DNA from: Syncephalis fuscata S228
Taxonomy: Eukaryota; Fungi; Zoopagomycota
DNA length: 64,000 nt
Assembly (NCBI GenBank): GCA_025786725.1
Contig: JAHLTZ010000018.1
Span: 62,001 to 126,000, forward strand
Direction of reading: 5' to 3'
Below the pieces are notes generated by a model. The model was given only the letters and a program-made list of their open reading frames with translations, did no database searches and had not been told where the DNA came from. This document shows, piece by piece, positions 26,901-39,745 of the stretch (positions are counted from its first letter, which is position 1; every line of letters begins with the position of its first letter). The position numbers were made by a program, and so were the translations under genes.

Positions 26901-27436
26901 ATATACTGTGTAAAGTGATTGCTGAGGTCTATTACAGAGCTCATACGACTCCATTGGCATTCGTCACTGTCTTATTCGCTTATTCATTCTCATTTGCCTG
27001 TTTCTCCGCTTTACTGCAGCTTCCGTGCTTCAGAATATACTTAATCCCCTTTGATGGGGCTTATTACCCACGCTCTTTCCTGCACATTGTTACAAATACG
27101 TTTTTGTCGTTTCTCTTGCATAAATATCTTTGCTCATTGCAGCTCTTTTAGCAGTCTGAACTTGCACGCATGCACGCTAATAAGCAGTTGCATGCGACAG
27201 TGATAGCTGTATGAGCAAGTCAATCTCATTGACCATTGAGCAAACGATATCGTTGCTTTCTACCTTTTGTTGTATCCGTTTATTAAGTACTATTAGCTAA
27301 TCAACCATACTTGTTATTACTCTAGTTTAAAGCTTGGCCACCTGTTACGTGTTATCTACGCGAACCTTGTGACGACGACAACAACGACGAGTACGTTGTT
27401 TAACCTTTTATTTGCACTCTACACTCTTTTATCAGT

Positions 27437-29039
27437 ATGGCGGACGTCACTGCTGTTCCTCAATCGCCAACTGCTTTGGCCCACAGTGGCGCGGAAGAAG
27501 CACTTGCTGGCCTTATTACACAAGTGAGCCAAACTGGTCCATCTAACGGACTGCCAACTGCGGCAGAAATCGAAGCAGCCCGTCGTGGCGCGGCACAAAC
27601 TGTACCAGGTAGGCATGATGATAAGCTATGCAACTGATGATGGGATAGATAAAAGGATAGTTTTGCTATACTCGTGCAAAACTGTGCTATAAAAACGCAA
27701 ACAAAAACACGTGTATTAATATAAAAATGGCACTATTGTGATTATGTAGATAACGTTCCTACTCTGGCATCACCCCCCAAATCAAACCGCTCAGCATCGC
27801 GTCAAGCATCGGCCGAGTTGCGTCGTGCAGGTCGCGCACCCTCCACTGCCGGTGCATCAACTACTACGATCAGCAATGCCGGCAAGCCAAAACGCTCTAT
27901 GCGATCCGTATTGTCTTTGCTCTTTTTCTGCAGACCCAGCAATGGCGGCAATCGTCGTCACCACGGCAAAGATGGCCGACACCGCGCAGGTGTAGGTGCA
28001 AGCGGTGCAGGCATTGACGGCAATTTGGCAGACAAGTCGGGTGCCAACACTTCGGTACACCATACAGCAACTGCCGGCGTTGGTGCCAATCCTATTACAC
28101 AACAAATTGTTCTATCACCCGATAAGGAACTTGTTGCTGCAGCCCAAGCAGTAGTTGCAGCTGGTAGCAATCCTACCGGTGTACCAACCGATGGTGCAGC
28201 CACTCCATCTGAGGCCAGTGCTGCTAAGGTAAATATTGCACTTATAAATTAGCAGTTTTATGAATAGTTTACTAATCATTTAAATGCTACTGTTTAATCA
28301 ACCAATAGTCGGAACCCACCCGCTATTTATTGCCATCCATTTATCCGCATCATACTGGTCGCAAATGTCTAGTACTTGATCTTGATGAGACACTCGTTCA
28401 CAGCTCATTCAAGGTAATTAATGGTGTAGCAATAGAAAATGTATTATTTATTAATCATTTAATTTAGATGATTCCACAAGCGGATTACATCGTTCCCGTG
28501 GAAATTGAAAATCAAGTACATAACGTCTACGTACTTAAACGTCCCGGCGTCGATGAATTTATGCGCAGAATGGGTGAACACTTTGAGATTGTTGTATTCA
28601 CGGCCAGTCTATCCAAGGTACGTACTGAACTTGATAATGCTAATGAATCATTAATAACACTATTGTATAGTATGCCGATCCAGTCTTGGATTTATTAGAT
28701 AAGCACAAGGTGGTCCATCATCGTTTGTTCCGTGAATCATGCTACAACTACAAAGGCAATTACGTCAAAGTAAGTTGACTATTAATACATTAAAATGTCT
28801 ATATGCTTATTATAATCTAGGATTTATCGCAATTGGGCCGTGATTTGCGTCACACCATTATCATCGATAACTCACCGGCCAGCTACATTCTTCATCCAAC
28901 GAATGCCGTTCCTATCACCTCATGGTTCAATGACCCACATGATACTGAACTTTTAGATATGATTCCATTCTTGGAGGATCTACGTGATGTTGATGATGTC
29001 ACCATAGTACTTGATAGTGCCAATGATGAAGACGCGTAG
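27437..29039 (+). CDS. PSR1: SCP/Psr1-type small CTD phosphatase (HAD, NIF domain)
   Basis: [48 protein letters not shown] and IIDNSPASY. The low-complexity N-terminus carries an SLLFFC membrane-targeting-like motif. Confidence 0.93.
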
Positions 29040-31586
29040 TTATCTACCTAGACACCAGTACACATACACATACGCATACATTGTCCTATACATACACAGA
29101 AGCTTTTTTCCTATCGAATGCTACGATGATCCTTGCTCGTCTTGTCGTCGTTGTTATGTTGTATCATACTTGACAGCAATTGTAGCCATAACGACTTTTA
29201 AAAAGTACCGCCCAACGTTTATGTAATCATTGTTCCTCCTTTTTGTGTCTGTAAGCAGTGACTTGTTCAATGTACCTCTGTAGCATTGGACTATTAGACG
29301 TACTGCTGTTCTTGTTAGTGCCGTTTTTCTCTCATTCTCACACTCTTTCAATCACCTCCTTATGTTTCTTTTGTTCCTCTTATCATGTGTGTTTATTATA
29401 ATCATTGTAGTGGTGCTGACAGTGGCAACGATGATAATGATGATGATGATGATGATAAGAACAATGGTGATAATGACTATTTGCCGTAATGGACAACTGT
29501 ATTGTAACTATATATCGTATACATATATAGATACTCATACGTTGCTACTGTTCACTACACACATTCGCACCACTTATCGTATTATTCATAATTTCGAATG
29601 ACTTTGATAATGATGATGCTAAACTTTTATTATTATTATTATTATAATCATTATCATTATGCCATCGAAATATGACTTGGTATTTCTTTTTTCTATTTCG
29701 CTCTTACTTTCATTCCTTACTATTGTCACGTTTTGCTGTTATCTTTTTTATTTCATCGCTAGTCACACGCATAAAATTAGACATGGTGCTTTTCTCCAGT
29801 CATTGTTGTTTTATGGTTGTTATTATTGTTATTTTAACATCGGCCATGGCTGCCATTATTCTCTTGCATCCATGGGACCATCCATGTTGAGGATATGGCG
29901 CACGACTACTGGCAGTGCGTTGCTTCTTGGCCAACATTAATAGCACAGCATGTACGGGAATTGCGAGTAGACTAGCGGCTTATTTTTACTCTTTGGCTTC
30001 AATATTTTCCGGCTGCCATACTATTACATTTCGCCTTGGACACCATCACCACTGTTACCACTGTTGTTTCGGCCGAGCTTAAAGATCATCGTCCACAATT
30101 GACAACCACCCCATATTAACAACTACAACGATAACAAAAACCAGTCAGTCACTACCCCATTAACGAGTTATTATATCACATGGATATTAGCAACAGCGAT
30201 GACAAAAGCATTGGCGATTGGTTTGGATTCGACACGCGCATATGTTTGCTATGCTTTCGCTTCACGATCAAGATTCTATCATCATTATCGCTGTACAATA
30301 TATAGCCAAGCGTGTACGCGTGTTGTTATATGTTTGTGTGTTTGTGTTTGTGTGCGTGTGAGTCCTTTGCGTTTTCATATTATTTACGAATAGTTATTTT
30401 CATTTTCTATATTATCACACCTCTCACTGTCTTTAATAAACGACGTCGATGAGAAACATCTATTTAATTGTATTATTGCAAGTTGAATCTAAAGCCAAAC
30501 TCTATAAGTTATTGATACATTGTGATAACAGATGACAAATTGCACATGTAGTTATTTAATGGTATACGCACAACTACTACACACGATGTAAATAAATAAA
30601 AATAGATTATAATAACATTACACGATAGCAACACATGGTCATATTCTATTTATGTTGGGCTGGAGTAAGATATTTATTAACGGTAAGCTAAATGTGTAAA
30701 ATATCTTAAAATAAACAAGTGAATTGTGTTGGCAGAAAAATTATAATGGCTTTTAATATTATGAAAAAATAAATAAATAGTAAATAGTTCATATAATACT
30801 TACCTGAGTATTACAATTTATATTTTATTTATTTGATTAAGTATTAATATGCATATTGATACAATCTGTTGATCAACAAATAAACACGATTTTCCAGTCT
30901 TATCGAATTAAATTGGTACCATCACTTTAGTTTGCTTACTATTAGGCTGATACGGTACTTTTGTAACATGTTACACGCGTGCCATTATCAAGTATATTTT
31001 CCGTATTCAATTAACCAATTATATTGCTTTATTGCATGTAATATTGTGGGCATTAGCAGATTAATCGGTTAAAATAGCTTAAAACTAATGGCTGTTTGTT
31101 GTTTTTTACTATTCTACTTGTAGTAAAATAATAACGATACTATTCACAAAAAACTATTAATATCATCTCATTTTACTGATAAATTTATTATCTTCACCTT
31201 TACTCCATTGATTACCGCCTTGTTGTCTTATAATAAATGACGTCAATAAAAAATATTTATTTATTTGCATTTTTCAAATTCAACTTTGACCAAAACAGGG
31301 CTGAAATGGCATGAAAATAAACATCAGATTAGTATATCTTCACAAGGGCGCATCACATGGTTGTATTCCATTTCTGTTTGATTGGGGTAAAATCGTTATA
31401 ATAATGGCAATCCAGCTGTGCGGAATTCTTAAAATAACCAAGTAACTTGTGCTGGCGAAAATCATTTCTTTATTATAAAATTGACGCTAGATTTTTAGAA
31501 TTCTATATTATACGACACAAACTGACAAATTAACACATCTGCATTCTCCCTCTTCTTCCATTGATCTGTTCAACCATTAATATACA

Positions 31587-32807
31587 ATGTTGACTGGAAA
31601 CGTTGTACTATCAGTTTTATGGTCTTCACTGATAGTTAGCCAGTTATCTGTTGAAGTATCCGCTCAACCTAACAATTTCTTTTCGTCGCAACGTGTAGCT
31701 AATCAACTAAAAGATGCAACCTGTCGAGCTTATCGTACCGCTGTTACCGCGCGTTATTTATACGACACAATGACGCCGCGTAAAAGTAGCTCAACTGGTC
31801 AGCGAACAAGTCCAGCCAAGGATTATCTTAGCTTGGTTGACAAATCTTATGCAAAGGAATATGTTTTATTACCACAGCCTATGCTGCGTTCTGATTCATT
31901 GGATAATATTAAAAAAATGACAAGTATACCGCTTATTCACCGCTTTGCATTTTATGCCGCCGTTTCTTATTGTAACGATCAAGAAACGGCACAAAATTTA
32001 AAAGATGTACGTTTGGGTGACGATGCCTCAACGCCATTGCCAGTCACCGGCTATAAAATAACACATTGGTACAACCATAAATCAGTTGCACATTATGTAG
32101 CAGTCAATCCACAACAGCGTATGGTGGTACTAACATTCCGCGGCTCTAGCAATCTGCAGAATTACATTGACGCTGTTGATTCCGCATGGATTCATCCTGA
32201 TCCAACGCTTTTTAGCATACCAAAAGATGCCCCATCTGATATACCTCTAATGCCAGAGGAGGCGCGCCAATTCCGTGGGTATAATCGTGCTGCTGAAAAG
32301 CAAATAAAAATTGCTATAGCTGAGCTGGTTAAAGCTCATAAGGCATATCCTTATTATGCTGTAGTCATTAATGGCCATTCACTCGGCGGCACAATAGCGC
32401 AACTTGCCGCAACCTATGCACGACTACACTATCGCAAAAGTCTACGGCTTGCTGCAGTTTATACGTTTGGCGAGCCAATCTTTAGCAATGGAATATTTGC
32501 TGACTGGTCGGTTGATGTAATCAAACCGACACCTGTACTACGCTTTACAGCTAAGGATGATGTTGTGCCCATTTTATGGCACGAGGACGATGCTAGTCAG
32601 CCGGAGAAGAAACGTATGCGGCACGGCAAAGACTCTATTGAAATCCATTGCCCAGATCCAAAAAATCCAGCTGCTTTTCTTTGCCAGGGACATAATGATC
32701 AAGATTGCAGTGTCGGGCAAGATTGTCGTGTAGCTTCGTGGGAAAATCACGTCGATTATGCAGGCATGCGTATTTCTGGTCGATTTTGCAAGCTAGGGCA
32801 AAAATAA
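31587..32807 (+). CDS. Secreted class 3 lipase (intronless)
   Basis: Signal peptide, LTFRGS oxyanion region, GHSLGG nucleophile, YTFGEP, DVVP and a C-terminal His (HVDY). Confidence 0.92.
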   Translation: MLTGNVVLSVLWSSLIVSQLSVEVSAQPNNFFSSQRVANQLKDATCRAYRTAVTARYLYDTMTPRKSSSTGQRTSPAKDYLSLVDKSYAKEYVLLPQPMLRSDSLDNIKKMTSIPLIHRFAFYAAVSYCNDQETAQNLKDVRLGDDASTPLPVTGYKITHWYNHKSVAHYVAVNPQQRMVVLTFRGSSNLQNYIDAVDSAWIHPDPTLFSIPKDAPSDIPLMPEEARQFRGYNRAAEKQIKIAIAELVKAHKAYPYYAVVINGHSLGGTIAQLAATYARLHYRKSLRLAAVYTFGEPIFSNGIFADWSVDVIKPTPVLRFTAKDDVVPILWHEDDASQPEKKRMRHGKDSIEIHCPDPKNPAAFLCQGHNDQDCSVGQDCRVASWENHVDYAGMRISGRFCKLGQK

Positions 32808-33099
32808 ATACTAATACAGCTTTTAAAACTCTTTCCCTCGCATTCTCCAGTTTATCTTAATCTCTTTGTTCTAGTTTATAAATAGCATGATAGAAAGAAC
32901 AACGCCGCAAAAGCTGCCTTTGTTTTACATCTTAGTGTAACCATATGGCTATTAAAGGCCATTGTTTTACGTTAATAGAATTTATACATATTTTCTAAAG
33001 CAATAAACGTTTTTGCGCTACACATTCGACGTTTAATTCATTTTACTTTTAGCATTTCTAGCATCCATTTCTTAGCATTTGTTTATTTAAAATTCTAAC

Positions 33100-34712
33100 A
33101 TGGTTAATGTTGATATACCGATACACGAGCCAAAGCGCTTGATTATCGTACGTATTATAATCATTTTTATTATTGCTGTTGGCATTTTAGTATTTGCTGC
33201 TATTCAAATACGTCTTGCAATCTCGCCAGCAATGGTATATCAATCACGCTATGAGACAGGCCCTTTTATGTTGCCAGCCTTTATTATTTATAGTGCAAGC
33301 GGTCTTACCAATAGGGAAAGCTTTTCGCTATATGGTGTGGACTTGAGTCAAACATCATCTGGCAAACGGCAGTCCATTCACACTCAGTTAGAACTGAAAG
33401 AAATCACCAATCAAACGGCTAGCATGTTCAATATCAACTACAAGACATTAAAAAATCAAGCAGGCAATGGAAAAGTGTATTTATTTCGACCCGATCACGA
33501 CTTGAGATTTGCTTCTCCAATCTCCGAGGTCACGTCAAGTACTTTTAAAAACATCAAATACTATTCCAGCATAAAAATCAAATTGTATTTATCAGACATT
33601 GATCCTACGGGCAATAGACTTGATAGCGATATTAGTTTTACCGTTGGATTTATTAAAGATATCTCTGTACTGACTAAACTCGGAACAAAGCAAAAGCCAT
33701 GGGATATTAATATGCTGAGTCCTGATCTACGTTCAGAGGTTATGTGGGGCAAAAGTCGAGAGCTTGGGCTAAGGCAAATGAATACTACCGAAAACTCATT
33801 AAGCAGTACTCATCTTAGTATGCAGACAACAAATTACCAAGATTCGGTCAACGAGGCTTCATTCAGTATACAACCACTGAATGCGCCAATGAGTGATGGA
33901 AAAGAATTTAGTATTGAAATTCAAGATAAACGACCCAGTTTTACATGGTTTGATTGTTTCGGTACAGTGGGCGGTGCACTGACTCTTTCGTTATATGGTT
34001 TTACATTTCTATTTGGTCAGCGCCGACTTCGCCCATGGGGCATTGTGCAGCGCTATTTATTCCGCGATTATATTCTCGACAGATTTCCACGTGCTGTTGT
34101 CGAAGTTACTCCATCGTATATACCGCCAGAAAAGCCATCAAAAGACAACGCCGATCAACGTCTGACCAAGCTACAATGCCAAACAACGATACACAACAAC
34201 CAGCAGCACAAAATGTATATTTGGTCAACGAAAATGCCTCGTCACTCGTTAGTATACGTGTTGCATCTCCAATTTACGAAAGTCCACGGCATAGCTATGG
34301 CATGTCGAATCGATCGAGTATGGCTAGTGCATCCGAAATAGCTCAAGCTCTACCAACAAGGGCAACCAATACAGACGATGCGAATGCTACTATGCAAAAG
34401 CAAATTAAATATTTAATTCGAAAAGTCCATTTGCTGGAAAAGAAATTGATTCAGCGCGAAAGTGGTGCCTCTTTCTTTTCTCGAGAGGTTGAAAATACTG
34501 GCACTAATAATCGCCAATCAATGTCCAGTTTTGTTTCAAATATGCCGCCAATTATGGAAGTGCGTGTTGCAGAGCTAGAAGCTTTTCGACAACGGGCCGA
34601 ATCGTTCTTTTTTATCAACGATTTATTCTGGAAACGTGGTAACAAAACAAAATCCAAAAGAAATACTTTCTACGCATCAACTGATTATAATTGGAGTAGT
34701 ACGCAATTGTAG
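33100..34712 (+). CDS. Two-TM membrane protein with large ectodomain and cytosolic coiled-coil tail; apparent 1-nt frameshift near 34140
   Basis: TM1 is at aa ~14-39 and TM2 is GTVGGALTLSLYGFTFLFG followed by RPWGIVQ. The overlapping ORF 33954-34712 supplies the plausible C-terminus. Confidence 0.75.
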
Positions 34713-34906
34713 TAGTAATAAATTATTATTTTATTTGTTACATCTTGAATGTCATATTATTTGTATTGTATATAATTAATAATCAAATAAAAACAAATAT
34801 ATAACAAATACTATTCATATGCTCAATAATACTGTAGCAATTTTACTACTATGAGCATGCTGTTATGATAACATGTTTAAAGGCTATATTATACAATTGA
34901 ATAATG

Positions 34907-37900
34907 TATTGTTACGAATACATACTAATAGTTTAGTCATGTAATTTTCTATGCTTATTACCATTTATGGCAATAGTAATTAATTAGTATACGATCACGT
35001 GATTTATTTACAACTAATATATGTATTTATTAGCAAGCATACGGCGTAATGTCCTGTTCAAGATGCGTAGCAGTAATCATTATAGTCGATTATTATTTTA
35101 TAATTGACTCAACACTTTTACAATTGAATTATTACTTTTATTCTACTGTCTAATGTATTGCATAGGTGCTAATTTATTTAAGATAAAATAGTATTCACAT
35201 TTATCATTAAATGGAAAGAACAGACAATAAGTTCTGGTTCTTCTTTTACCGCTGTCTCTTATTATAGCTCATTTTATTATAAAAAAACATTGTCATTTGT
35301 TATTTTCAGTAAACATTGTCAATTACTTTATTTTTTTAGTTTTATTGCAAATACTAACTAGTTACAGGCATTAAACTAGCGTAGTTGTTAATTGCTTAAA
35401 ATTGTTATCGTTTTACAGTATTGCAATTAATCATTACGTCTAAGGTAGGCAATGTTTATTAACATTTATTGTTAAATAAACAAGTATGTATGTAATCATT
35501 TAAGCAGATAAGCGACGGTTACAGTATTCAACACAAGTATGTCAACAATAGCTAATATTCTGTTATTGGGTTTAAATTGTTATAAGCAACCTGTAGCTTG
35601 AAAACAGCTGAATATCATTCAACATTATATAACCGAAAGCATAATATATAATTGAAATCTAATAATAGATACTAGAGTAGTATTATTTATATTATTAGTA
35701 TATTATTACCTATGCAGAAAACAAACTATTGACTGATTCAATTTTGTAATGAATGCAACTATAGAGTTATCAACAAATTAACAAATAGTAATGCGTGCTG
35801 TCGCTTAAGTATGAAATTATCGAATAACATGGAATAAACTATAAATAAAAATATCATGTAATTTATGTTCATTACAAACAACTGTTACAATTGCCGATAT
35901 TTGCAAAAATAAAAAAGCTATTTATTTAATTCATATAATATATGTATAACAATATCGTAATACATGCAGTGGCTAAATAGCGTATTACAGTAACTTCCGT
36001 TACTTATTGATAAACGAATGTCTAATCTGAGCGCAATGTTGCGCGAAGCTTGTAACAACCACCACGTGGCTGTGAGGTAAAACGAAAGGCTGGTCGCATA
36101 TCGACTTCTTCGCCAGCCGGGACTACAAACTCAAATTGACGCACCAATGTTGCCAATAAAAGTCGAAGTTCCATCCACGCGAGACTAAATATATGTGTAA
36201 GCTTACTAGCAAAGACAACAATATGATGCTATGTATGTAACCACTTACTTTTGTCCAATACAAGAGCGAGATCCCATGGAGAACGTCATAAACGACTGTC
36301 GCATTAATTTCAATTGTTCAGAATCAGCTTCTATCCAACGTTCTGGTCGGAATTTGTCTGCATCTTCACCGTAGACCTTTGTTGAAAATTGTATAAAGCA
36401 AATAGAAATACCGATATCATACTATAAAGTAAAATAAAATTATTTGATTAGCTGCGGTTTTAAAAGTTAAACAACTTAACACTTACTCCCTCGGGTATAT
36501 GTACGCCACATAAGTCAATACCGCCAGGTGGTGAAATTTTCACGCTACCAGGAGCTACTGGGCGCATACGCATAACTTCATAAAGCGTAGCATTAAGATA
36601 AGGCAAGTTTTTGATTTCATCATGTTGAATATTGTGTGTGCGATCGGGACATATATTCTTAACTTCTTCAAGGAGCTTATGTAATACTTTTGGATGATCA
36701 TGTAGTAAATGTAGTGCCCTAATAGCAGTGCGATGTTAGTAAAATAAATAATAGTAATGAATATGGCTTACCAAGTAGTTGTTAGTGCTGTGCTATCACT
36801 GCCGCCAATACTAGTCATCGCAATTAGGCTGTTGGTCAATCATGGCATTTCTATCGAGTTGCACTACTTACAGTTGAATAATGGACTCGGCAATAAGCTG
36901 CTCAATGTCAAGTTTATCACCGGTCTCGGGATCTTCTGATTCAATAAGGCGCATCAGTACATCTTTGCCAGTGCCCTCTGGAATATCTTCGTTTTCAGCC
37001 TCCAGCTGCTTTGCCATACGTTTAAGAATTACTTCACGAGTAAACTAGATCAAGTTAACGATATTAGTTGAGTTACCAGTATGTTATTACACATATATAT
37101 TATACCTCAGCTATCTGCCTCTCAGACTTAAAGTGTTTTGGAAAAGTCCATCGATTACAAAATCGGCCAAATACTTGTTTCTTTAACATTGATTAATAAT
37201 TGACAAATTGATATTATAAATACTTACCATAATACCCAAAAGAGTTATATCGGAAATCCAATGAATAATTGGATGAGGTTTCTCTCCCGGCTTAACAATT
37301 AATGTTTCAAAAGATCCACCAAAGCTTACTGCGCCAATAACATCCTAATAAAATAAGATTAGTATGACGGGGTACTATACTGATCAGCTATCAATTACCA
37401 ATGTTGTATAGTGGAGCAGCTCCATAACATCGAATGTTTTTCCTGATTCAGCGTATTCATTAATTCTTCTTACGAGATGTTTAAGACCAGCCTCATAAAC
37501 TAGTGGCTCCATGTCGGATACAGAAGCAAGTGAAAATACTGGACCAATAGTACGTTTCTATTTTATTTGTTAGCTAAAACCTTGTTTGCCATAGCACATG
37601 AACTAACCAGCTTCCGATGAAAAGCAACATCTCTATAATGCCATAATAGCCGTCAATACACTGAATGAGCTGTATGTATATACTTACTGTGTAGAGAAAA
37701 TGTTATCACGATGAAACTGGAACGATTGGTATAGATTGCCTTTTGTTATTTTGGTTGAAGTGGATATCACTCTAACAGCATCTGGATCGGCAAGAGAAAC
37801 AAACTTCGGTACTGTAAAACGACGATTAATTAATGCTTTATATTAATTAATATTACTTACAAAGCCAAGAGACACTACCATATTTTTTGCTCAACTCATT

Positions 37901-39369
37901 ATGGTGATTCATTATTTCGCCGTTCACGGTATAATACATTGCAATAAGTTTGCCCAAAAATCGTGGCCGTGGTCCAGGTATTTTTGATCCTGGTGAAAAA
38001 AATTCATCGTATATAATCTAAATACCAGCAAATGTGTAAGTTGTCTTTCCTTATTATAATGAATTAATTACCTGTCCAGCAATACAGGCACCAATAGTAA
38101 CTCCAATAAATTGCCAATCAAGCAGACTATCTTTGAGCGAGCCGATAAGTGTTGATAAGATGGCCATGTTGGCAGTGGTAGTGTTTTACTTTGCAGTAAA
38201 TAAGACAGAACATGTAAAAAAAACAAATTTAAATTATGCAGGAATAGACAATATGAACAATAGCTAATGCGCAGCTTATATACCATGCAGCCTTGAGTGC
38301 CATAGGCATGGAAAAACTTGTCCACGTGCCTAGTGTTTGCAAACCGGTTTTAAATCCGTAATCCATGCCTTAAGTCATTTGACAAACATTCTAGAAGGTA
38401 TAATGTTCATATTACCACGGATCATCGGCCTTTTGCAGTCTCTATAAACCTGTTTAATATTAATTGCAATTTAGTATTTAGCTGTATATGCTATCGGTAA
38501 TTGTAAATACAATGGTACTACAGTTTATTTTTATTCATTTATTTCTATTTATTTAATAATTAATTAATTAATCAGTTCAATTTAATAATAACTTTATTAT
38601 TCAGTTATATTTAATAGTAATTTTGTTTTATATAAAACATTCGGTACCGTTATTACCGAAAGCCGTGGCCATGAACTGCTAAGGTGTATTATTATACAAA
38701 CCGGAAATATGCGTCATAAAACGGCAAACCATTCCCGTAAAACATATGCACCTTTTTCTAATTGACTAATATTGCTAATCTATACGTTATATTTTTAGAT
38801 AATAGTCATAATTATTATGTCATTTAAAAACATTTTATTAATTTTTCTACAAGCCTGTTATTTTACTAAGTATTGTTATGGATGCATACTAATAGTTTAG
38901 TCATGTAATTTTCTATGCTTATTACCATTTATGGCAATAGTAATTAATTAGTATACGATCACGTGATTTATTTACAACTAATATATGTATTTATTAGCAA
39001 GCATGCGGCGTAATGTCCTGTTCAAGATGCGTAGCAGTAATCAATATAGTCGATTATTATTTTATAATTGACTCAATACTTTTACAATTGAATTATTACT
39101 TTTATTCTACTGTCTAATATATTGCATAGGCGCTAATTTATTTAAGATAAAATAGTATTCACATTTATCATTAAATGGAAAGAACAGACAATAAGTTCTG
39201 GTTCTTCTTTTACCGCTGTCTCTTATTATAGCTCATTTTATTATAAAAAAACATTGTCATTTGTTATTTTCAGTAAACATTGTCGATTACTTTATTTTTT
39301 TAGTTTTATTGCAAATACTAACTAGTTACAGGCATTAAACTAGCGTAGTTGTTAATTGCTTAAAAATTG
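34907..39369 (-). repeat. Inverted dispersed segmental duplication of the P450 array, with ~485-nt direct repeats at both ends
   Basis: The reverse complement matches 3847-5040, then a P450 gene, then 3227-4345. Both 34921-35405 and 38885-39369 are copies of 3847-4330. Confidence 0.92.
36022..38167 (-). CDS. Cytochrome P450, copy D (A/B mosaic; I-helix GGSDST)
   Basis: Reverse-complement near-identity to copies A and B, with apparently intact splice sites, ExxR, PERW and FSMGSRSCIG. Confidence 0.92.
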
Positions 39370-39745
39370 CTATTTATAAATACATTATTAGTCATATGAA
39401 CAAATAACTTTGTGTTATGGAGGAAATAATGCAAAGCGTTCAAGTTTTATTATCGGCTTTATTTGCTATAGAGTATCAAATTTATTCAATGTCAATAAAT
39501 ACTTTTGATTATTAGTCTCTTATTATTTCAATGGCATAAAAAGTTATTCAATTTAATATAATGAAATTTAATAATTAATGACAAATAAAAAGTAATTCTA
39601 TTATCAATATATATATACATGTGTGTGTGTGTGTGACTACTATACTATTTGTATTCGTTATGAAAACAATATATCAATGAACTCTTCTCGCTATGCTGCA
39701 CGTTTTTAAGCACCGCCTTTTCTTTTCTTTTTCTTTTGCATAAAT

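Noticed and set aside
24485-27151. Many short hydrophobic or Cys-rich ORFs
   Set aside because: These are translations of GT/CT/GTTT microsatellite-rich non-coding DNA with no motifs.
29011-30393. ORFs with poly-Met and Ile/Val runs resembling membrane peptides
   Set aside because: They come from (ATG)n and (ATT)n repeats in the probable phosphatase 3' UTR.
34921-39369. Direct repeats as LTRs of a P450-carrying retroelement
   Set aside because: I saw no TG..CA termini, PBS, PPT or TSD. The gene keeps all its introns, and the repeat is part of the A-B spacer.
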